A stretch of 61,604 nt of DNA from Clostridia bacterium (GTDB lineage: Bacteria > Bacillota > Clostridia > TANB77 > CAG-508): NCBI GenBank assembly GCA_900754085.1, contig CAAEBO010000045.1, positions 1 through 61,604 of the forward strand. Direction: 5' to 3'. The position numbers were made by a program, and so were the translations under genes. Shown one piece after another: positions 55,620-61,604 of the stretch; position 1 is the stretch's first letter; each line of letters opens with the position of its first letter. The notes beneath the pieces are model-generated. The model was not told where the DNA came from and ran no database searches. It worked only from the letters and a program-made list of their open reading frames with translations.

Positions 55620-55648
55620 GGGATTTCGGGGACGGTCCTTAAAATCCC
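55620..55648 (+). repeat. REP-like element, forward copy
   Basis: GGGATTTCGGGGACGGTCCTTAAAATCCC, 8 nt after the smc stop. Confidence 0.9.
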
Positions 55649-55657
55649 TATTTAAAT

Positions 55658-55697
55658 AAAAAACTCGATGTACAAATACTAAGCATCGAGTTTTTTT
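55658..55697. terminator. bidirectional terminator between smc and ytaF
   Basis: AAAAAACTCGATG ... CATCGAGTTTTTT; A run before and T run after. Confidence 0.75.
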
Positions 55698-55774
55698 ACA
55701 TTTACTTGTAAGCAATATTTAAAATTTAAGATAAAGACATAACTGAAAAATTTACTAAAATGCAAAAAATCTAT

Positions 55775-56398
55775 TTAAAAAATTCTTAAAACTCCAATTA
55801 TAATTAATAAAATTCCAGACAAAATATTCCATTTTTTTATAGAAGTATTATATAAAATTATTTTTTTTCCAAGAGCAATACCAACATTTAGAAACAAAAA
55901 TTGAAAAAGAGGAACTAATATAGGAAACAGTAAGCTATACATTCCAAAAGAAGAACTTGTAATACCAACACATATGGAATCTAAAGAAAGAGCAAATGCT
56001 AAATATACAGCTTCGTTTTTTTCTATAATTTTAGAGTTATTTAAATCTGAAGAAATGGGATTTTTAATAATTTGAATTGTAATACCTAAAGGTTTTAAAA
56101 ATATTTGATGACTTTTATATTCTTTTTTTTCAGTAGTATTCATTGCTTCATATATAATTAAAAATCCCATTAAACATAGGAGGATTACACTAACAGTCTT
56201 TATTATATTATTAGGTAGAATAGAAATTAGAAAATATCCCAATGTAACAGAAATACACACAAAAGCAAAAGAAATAATAAATAATATAAATTTTGCAGGA
56301 GTAGATATAGATGTTTTTCTAAGACCATATGTAATTCCAATCCCTAAAGAATCTATACTAACAGATAAAGCAAGAAGAATAATAGTAAATAGCATCAT
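55775..56398 (-). CDS. ytaF: sporulation membrane protein YtaF (MntP/DUF204-like)
   Basis: MMLFTIILLALSVSIDSLGIGITYGLRK and a second half-repeat AFALSLDSICVGITS. Start moved to the ATG pair after AGAGGTGA (56398/56395); the track extension to 56491 is hydrophobic read-through. Confidence 0.75.
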   Translation of the reverse strand: MMLFTIILLALSVSIDSLGIGITYGLRKTSISTPAKFILFIISFAFVCISVTLGYFLISILPNNIIKTVSVILLCLMGFLIIYEAMNTTEKKEYKSHQIFLKPLGITIQIIKNPISSDLNNSKIIEKNEAVYLAFALSLDSICVGITSSSFGMYSLLFPILVPLFQFLFLNVGIALGKKIILYNTSIKKWNILSGILLIIIGVLRIF

Positions 56399-56504
56399 AT
56401 CACCTCTATACATAATATGTAAACCTAAAAAATAGGTGAAAGGTTGTAATAAAAAAATAAATACAAGCATATAAATTAATAAACTATACAAAGGAGAGAT
56501 TTAT

Positions 56505-59117
56505 ATGTGGCATACAAAAAGTGTTAAAGAAATTGCAAAAGAACTTAGGACAAATATAAAAACAGGGCTAAGTGAAGAAGATGTAAAAATAAGACAAGAA
56601 GAATTTGGAAAGAATAGAATAGAAGAGGGAAAAAAAGTAAGCCTATTAGTAAAGTTTTTAGCCCAATTTAAAGATTTTATGATAATAATTTTAATATTAG
56701 CAGCAGGAATTTCTGCACTGGTGAGTTATTTTGAAGGAACAGGTGACTATTTTGATTCGATAATAATTATTTCTATAGTTATTTTTAATGGAATTATCGG
56801 TTTAATACAAGAAAATAGAGCAGAGAAATCTATAGAAGCTTTAAAGAAGATGTCTGCTCCAATTGCAAAAGTTAGAAGGAATGGGAAAATTTTTACTGTA
56901 AATGGAGAAGATATAGTTCCAGGAGACATTGTTATTTTAGAAACAGGTTGTTATGTTCCAGCAGATATTAGGCTAATAAATGCACATAATTTAAAAATAG
57001 AAGAGGCTAGCTTAACTGGTGAAACAGAAGCAGTGGAAAAGGATGAAAATATATTATTTGAAAACGAAAAAGTTGCACTGGGCGATAGAATTAACATGGC
57101 TTTTGCGAGTACTGCTGTAGTAAATGGACATGCAGAAGGAATAGTAACCAATATAGGAATGGGAACAGAGGTAGGAAAGATTGCAAATATGATAATAAAG
57201 AATGAAGCACCTACCACGCCAATACAAAAGAAACTAGAAGAAGTTGGAAAAGCATTAGGAATTGCTTGCATTGTTATTTGCGCATTAATATTTTTAATAG
57301 GAGTTATAAAGAAAATATCTGCAGTTGAAATGTTTATGACATCAGTAGGATTAGCTGTTGCAGCAATACCAGAAGGACTTCCTGCGATTGTAACAATAAT
57401 TCTTTCCATAGCAGTAACAAAAATGGCAAAGAAAAATGCAATAATAAGAAAATTGCCAGCAGTAGAAACATTAGGAAGTAGTAAAGTAATTTGCTCAGAT
57501 AAAACAGGTACACTTACAGAAAATAATATGAAAGTTGTGGAAATAATAGGAAATAAGTCAAAAGTATTAGAATATGGAGCATTATGTTGTAATTGTGATG
57601 TAGTAGAAGGAAAAGTAGAAGGAGAGGCAACAGAAGTAGCAATTGTAAAAGAGGCAATTAAAGAAAAAGCCAATAAAGTATTGCATAGAATATACGAAAT
57701 TCCATTTGACTCAAATAGAAAACTAATGACAGTAGTTAATGAACTAGAAAATGGAAAATATAGAATTATAACAAAAGGTGCTCCAGAAATATTGTTAAAT
57801 ATATGTGACAATTATGAGGAAAACAATAATATAAATAAAATAAGTAACACATTTTTAAGCAATATAAAAAATAAAAACGAGAAAATGGCTAAAAATGCTT
57901 TAAGAGTATTAGGAGTTGCATATTTAGATGTAGATATAATGCCAAAAGAAATAACATCAGATTTTATAGAAAAAGGATTAACTTTTATAGGCTTAATTGG
58001 AATGATAGATCCACCAAGAAAAGGCGTAAAAGAAGCAGTTTTGGCATGTAGGAGAGCAGGAATAAAAACAGTAATGATTACAGGTGACCATATAACAACA
58101 GCAAAAGCAATTGCAAAGGATTTAGAAATATTAAAAGGTAGAGAACTTGCTATAACAGGACAGGAGTTAGACAAAATTCCAGACAATAAATTAGAAAAAG
58201 AAATAATGAACTATTCCGTTTTTGCTAGGGTTACGCCAGAACATAAAGTTAGAATTGTTAAGGCATTTCAACAAACTGGAGCCGTAGTTGCAATGACAGG
58301 TGATGGTGTTAACGATGCACCAGCATTAAAAAAATCTAATATTGGAATTGCCATGGGATTAAAGGGTACAGATGTTGCAAAAAATGCTGCAGATATGGTC
58401 TTAAATGATGATAATTTTGTTACTATTGTTAGTGCAGTAAAACAAGGAAGAAATATTTTTGACAATATAAAGAAAGCAATACATTTTTTAATTGCTACAA
58501 ATATAGGGGAGATAGTTACAATTTTTGTTGGACTATTATTAGGTGTAAAGTCGCCATTATTGGCAATACAATTATTGTGGGTAAACTTAGTTACAGATTC
58601 TTTGCCAGCAATAGCATTAGGACTAGAACCACCAGAAAAAAATATAATGAATAGGCCACCAAGAGATGCTAAAAAAAGTATATTTGCGGATGGCTTAATG
58701 GGAAAGATAGTATCAGAAGGTTTTATGATTGGAATGTTTACTATATTAGCATTTTTTATAGGAAACAAATATTATGGAATAGAAGTTGCAAGAACAATGG
58801 CGTTTATAAGTTTAGGAATGTTAGAGTTAATACATAGTTTTAATGTAAAAAGTGAAGAATCCATATTTAAAGTTGGAATATTAGAAAATAAATACTTAAT
58901 AGGAGCATTTTTATTAGGAACAATATTACAAGTTGGAATAGTATTTATACCAACTTTAGCAGAATTATTTAAACTAACAGAATTAAATTCTATTCAATGG
59001 TTAATAACTTTAGCAATTTCTTTAGCACCAATTGTTATAATAGAAATTCAGAAAAAATTTAATGAACTTAAATTTGGAAAGGTTGTATATGATTATAAAT
59101 TAAAACAAGAAATATAG
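56505..59117 (+). CDS. P-type Ca2+-transporting ATPase (PMCA/YloB-like, P2 type)
   Basis: SLTGETE, ICSDKTGTLTENNM, MITGDH, MTGDGVNDAPALKKSNIG; about 10 TM helices; 870 aa. Confidence 0.85.
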   Translation: MWHTKSVKEIAKELRTNIKTGLSEEDVKIRQEEFGKNRIEEGKKVSLLVKFLAQFKDFMIIILILAAGISALVSYFEGTGDYFDSIIIISIVIFNGIIGLIQENRAEKSIEALKKMSAPIAKVRRNGKIFTVNGEDIVPGDIVILETGCYVPADIRLINAHNLKIEEASLTGETEAVEKDENILFENEKVALGDRINMAFASTAVVNGHAEGIVTNIGMGTEVGKIANMIIKNEAPTTPIQKKLEEVGKALGIACIVICALIFLIGVIKKISAVEMFMTSVGLAVAAIPEGLPAIVTIILSIAVTKMAKKNAIIRKLPAVETLGSSKVICSDKTGTLTENNMKVVEIIGNKSKVLEYGALCCNCDVVEGKVEGEATEVAIVKEAIKEKANKVLHRIYEIPFDSNRKLMTVVNELENGKYRIITKGAPEILLNICDNYEENNNINKISNTFLSNIKNKNEKMAKNALRVLGVAYLDVDIMPKEITSDFIEKGLTFIGLIGMIDPPRKGVKEAVLACRRAGIKTVMITGDHITTAKAIAKDLEILKGRELAITGQELDKIPDNKLEKEIMNYSVFARVTPEHKVRIVKAFQQTGAVVAMTGDGVNDAPALKKSNIGIAMGLKGTDVAKNAADMVLNDDNFVTIVSAVKQGRNIFDNIKKAIHFLIATNIGEIVTIFVGLLLGVKSPLLAIQLLWVNLVTDSLPAIALGLEPPEKNIMNRPPRDAKKSIFADGLMGKIVSEGFMIGMFTILAFFIGNKYYGIEVARTMAFISLGMLELIHSFNVKSEESIFKVGILENKYLIGAFLLGTILQVGIVFIPTLAELFKLTELNSIQWLITLAISLAPIVIIEIQKKFNELKFGKVVYDYKLKQEI

Positions 59118-59166
59118 CATTTTTATACAATGTAGAAGAATTTTAGTAATTAGTTATAAAAATATA

Positions 59167-59218
59167 AGCGTGCTTTAGATTTTCAAAAAACATGTTATAC
59201 GAAAATCTAAAGCACGCT
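59167..59218. terminator. long perfect hairpin (bidirectional terminator) between Ca-ATPase and PBP genes
   Basis: AGCGTGCTTTAGATTTTC / GAAAATCTAAAGCACGCT, perfect 18-bp stem, 16-nt loop. Confidence 0.75.
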
Positions 59219-59230
59219 ATTTATAAAAAA

Positions 59231-61507
59231 TTATTGGTTTGTTCCATCATTATCAGTAGATAATATTAACTTTATAATAGTACCTTCTTCAACAGCTGTA
59301 TCTACCATTATACTTTGGCTTACTACAGTTCCAGAACCTTCAGAAGTAATATTTATATTATTAGCTTTCGCCATATTTTCAGATTGTGAAGGCGATTTAC
59401 CTTTAAAATCTGGTACTTTTACAGAAACTCTTGTGTCATTTTCTGCTGAATATAAAACTATAATAGATTTTTTAGGTATACTAGAACCAGGTTTTGGATT
59501 TTGGTCTGTTACCAATGTTGTATTTTTATTACCACTAATATTAATTTTTGTATTAAGACCAGCTTGTTTTAATATTTTTTCAGCTTCTGTAACAGTCTTA
59601 TTTCTAATATCTGGAACAGTTACATAACTTGTATTTTCTTCTACAGGAGATGTAGGTGTTTGTATATGGCTAGAATTTATACCTAATATAGGTAAAATTT
59701 CAGTTAACATTTGCGAAATTACAGGTCCACAAACTTGTCCTCCTTGGTGACTACCTTGACCATTAGGATTTGGATTGTGTATAGCCATTAGCAAACAAAT
59801 TTCTGGTTTTTCGGTAGGAGCAATTGCAACATAAGAAGCAATGTAACCTTCATCTTCACGCCCAGCTTGAGGTTCAGATGTACCAGTTTTACCACCTATA
59901 GAATAACCTTCAACTTTAGCAAGTCTTCCAGAACCATCATCTACAACAGATTTCATTAGATCTCTCATTCTTTCAGAAGTAGATTTCGAAATAACTTGCC
60001 TTACTTGAACAGGTTCTATATCTGTAGTAGTGCCAGTTTCTGGATTTATAATTTGTTTTACAATTCGTGGCTTCATTAAAACACCATCATTAGCTATTGC
60101 AGAAATTGCAGATACTAATTGTATAGGAGTAATTGTAAATCTTTGCCCAAAAGACATTGTTGCAAGTTCTACATCGTTAACATCTTCTAATTCCCAATAT
60201 GTACTACTAGCTTCTTGAGGTAAATCTATATTAGTTTTATTAAAGAAACCAAATGCTTGGTAATATTTATATAGTGTAGGAGCACCTATTCTTTGGCCTA
60301 ATTGCATAAGGGAAGGGTTGCATGAAACTTGAAGAGCTTGTCTTAATGTTTTAGTACCTTTGTGACCTTGTGTCCAACAGCTAATTTTTCTATCTGCAAC
60401 AACGTAGACACCATCACAATAAAAATCACCAGCAACATCTTCCGATGTAATATTTTCTTCTAAGGCAACAGCAGCAGTTATTAATTTATATGGAGATCCA
60501 GGTTCATAAGGTGAAGAAATTACATCATTTTTCCACATACTATATAATTCATTAGACTGAGTAGTAGAGTCTAATTTATCCCATGTACTTTTTAATTCAT
60601 CTGTATTTGGTTCAAATGGAGTATTTAAATTATAATCTGGATAACAAGCCATTCCTAAAACATCACCAGTACTAGGAGCTAATGCAACAACTGTACCACT
60701 ATCTGCATGGTTTTCCTCAACAGCTTGCTTTAAATATTTTTCTATAATAGTTTGAATATTAAAATCTAATGTTAAAACAATATCACTACCATTTTCCGCA
60801 GGAATATAAGTTTGATTGCTATCTGGAATTTCTTCTCTAATTGCATCTGTTGATGTTGTTAGCTTACCAGGAGTACCTTGTAAAACTTTATTCCAACTAT
60901 CTTCTATTCCTTGAATACCTGTGTTATCTGTACCACAGAAACCTATTAAATTAGAAGCTAGATTATTATAAGGATAAACTCTTTTAGTATCTTCGTCTAT
61001 GTTTATACCAGTACTTATTTTTTCTTCTTCCATCCAAGATTTTAATTCATCAATTTTAGTTTTATCAACTTTTTTGGCTATAGTTTGAACATTAGAAGTA
61101 CTATTAACTTTTTCTAAAGTTTCGTCATAATTTAATTCGAAAATTTCTGAAAAAGCTTTTGCAACTTTTTCCTTCTTAGCTTTAGTTTCTTCTGGAGTAT
61201 TTGCCACTATTTTTTTAGGATTAATTGTTACAGTATCTGTTGGTGTACTAATAGCTAAAGTTTTTCCAGTAGAATCATAAATAGTTCCTCTGCTAGTACT
61301 TATAATTTGATCTGTAGTTTGTTGATTATAGGCTTTTTCTTTTAATTCAGAACCTTGAATAAATTGAAGCCAAATAAGCCTAAATACTAGTAATAAAAAT
61401 ATTATAAGTAAAGAAGCAAGCACAATTCTAAACTTTTTTACAGCTAATAAATTAGTAGAAAACTCTTTATTAGCAGATTTATATAATTTATTATTTCTTT
61501 TTTTCAT
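59231..61507 (-). CDS. class B penicillin-binding protein with two PASTA domains (SpoVD/PBP2B-like)
   Basis: N-terminal TM anchor, dimerisation domain, transpeptidase motifs GSPYK (SxxK), SCN, KTGT. Two C-terminal PASTA repeats (VTVPDIRNKTVTEAEKILKQAGL...; VKVPDFKGKS...). Confidence 0.8.
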   Translation of the reverse strand: MKKRNNKLYKSANKEFSTNLLAVKKFRIVLASLLIIFLLLVFRLIWLQFIQGSELKEKAYNQQTTDQIISTSRGTIYDSTGKTLAISTPTDTVTINPKKIVANTPEETKAKKEKVAKAFSEIFELNYDETLEKVNSTSNVQTIAKKVDKTKIDELKSWMEEEKISTGINIDEDTKRVYPYNNLASNLIGFCGTDNTGIQGIEDSWNKVLQGTPGKLTTSTDAIREEIPDSNQTYIPAENGSDIVLTLDFNIQTIIEKYLKQAVEENHADSGTVVALAPSTGDVLGMACYPDYNLNTPFEPNTDELKSTWDKLDSTTQSNELYSMWKNDVISSPYEPGSPYKLITAAVALEENITSEDVAGDFYCDGVYVVADRKISCWTQGHKGTKTLRQALQVSCNPSLMQLGQRIGAPTLYKYYQAFGFFNKTNIDLPQEASSTYWELEDVNDVELATMSFGQRFTITPIQLVSAISAIANDGVLMKPRIVKQIINPETGTTTDIEPVQVRQVISKSTSERMRDLMKSVVDDGSGRLAKVEGYSIGGKTGTSEPQAGREDEGYIASYVAIAPTEKPEICLLMAIHNPNPNGQGSHQGGQVCGPVISQMLTEILPILGINSSHIQTPTSPVEENTSYVTVPDIRNKTVTEAEKILKQAGLNTKINISGNKNTTLVTDQNPKPGSSIPKKSIIVLYSAENDTRVSVKVPDFKGKSPSQSENMAKANNINITSEGSGTVVSQSIMVDTAVEEGTIIKLILSTDNDGTNQ

Positions 61508-61546
61508 AAAATCACCTAAAATTTAGTCGAGATTAAGGCTGTAATC

Positions 61547-61573
61547 GAAATTTTGAACAGTCCTTAAAATCTT
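61547..61573 (+). repeat. decayed REP-like element
   Basis: GAAATTTTGAACAGTCCTTAAAATCTT. The right half matches the consensus (CAGTCCTTAAAATC vs CGGTCCTTAAAATC); the left arm is degraded with a 2-nt deletion. Confidence 0.4.
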
Positions 61574-61604
61574 GTTAATATAAAATACTTAATATATTTT
61601 ATAT

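Noticed and set aside
13215-55648. Whether the 29-bp palindromic repeats form a CRISPR array
   Set aside because: Copies are kilobases apart, in both orientations, each next to a gene end. There are no regularly spaced repeat-spacer units and no cas genes.
54993-55715. 240-aa minus-strand ORF overlapping the smc 3' end, the REP copy and the terminator
   Set aside because: Antisense to smc, spans two hairpin elements, and has no RBS or recognisable motif. Treated as a spurious open frame.
56951-57811. 286-aa ORF on the minus strand, and the neighbouring minus-strand ORFs 57812-58186 and 58268-58768
   Set aside because: Entirely antisense to the very well supported P-type ATPase gene. Hydrophobic, low-complexity translation typical of reverse-frame read-through in AT-rich coding DNA. 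No RBS.

Overview
Strongly AT-rich (judged by eye, not computed), densely coding chromosomal segment of a spore-forming Clostridia-class Firmicute. I call about 59 protein genes and see no rRNA, tRNA or CRISPR array. Housekeeping genes: scpB, proS, leuS, infC-rpmI-rplT, addB, holB, smc, minD-minE-rodA, dusB, rsmB. Sporulation genes: spoIIID, yabG, veg, a SipL-like DUF3794+LysM gene, yunB, dodecin-spoVAC-spoVAD-spoVAE, yaaT/ricT, ytaF, a SpoVD/PBP2B-like PBP. Energy metabolism: a clostridial ferredoxin and a four-subunit 2-oxoacid:ferredoxin oxidoreductase. c-di-GMP genes: one REC-GGDEF-like gene and two tandem HD-GYP genes. The most interesting signal is a dispersed 29-bp palindromic REP-like element, GGGATTTTGGGGACGGTCCTTAAAATCCC, with 7 intact or near-intact copies and 2 decayed ones. 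Each intact copy lies just after a stop codon in the transcribed orientation. A REP-associated tyrosine (HUH/Y1) transposase gene (RAYT, 37356-38150) is bracketed by two copies that are exact reverse complements and share a private sequence variant. This is a candidate REP/RAYT system of a kind I do not know to be characterised in Clostridia. Other observations: a two-gene island of unknown function with near-duplicate promoters (P-loop kinase-like protein plus a 508-aa protein), an FtsZ paralogue lacking the C-terminal tail, addB without addA, mazF without mazE, MinE with a roughly 170-aa K/E-rich extension, a minimal RelA/SpoT-domain protein, and a second family of long hairpin terminators with a conserved loop. 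All functional calls rest on motif and architecture recognition by eye; no searches were run.
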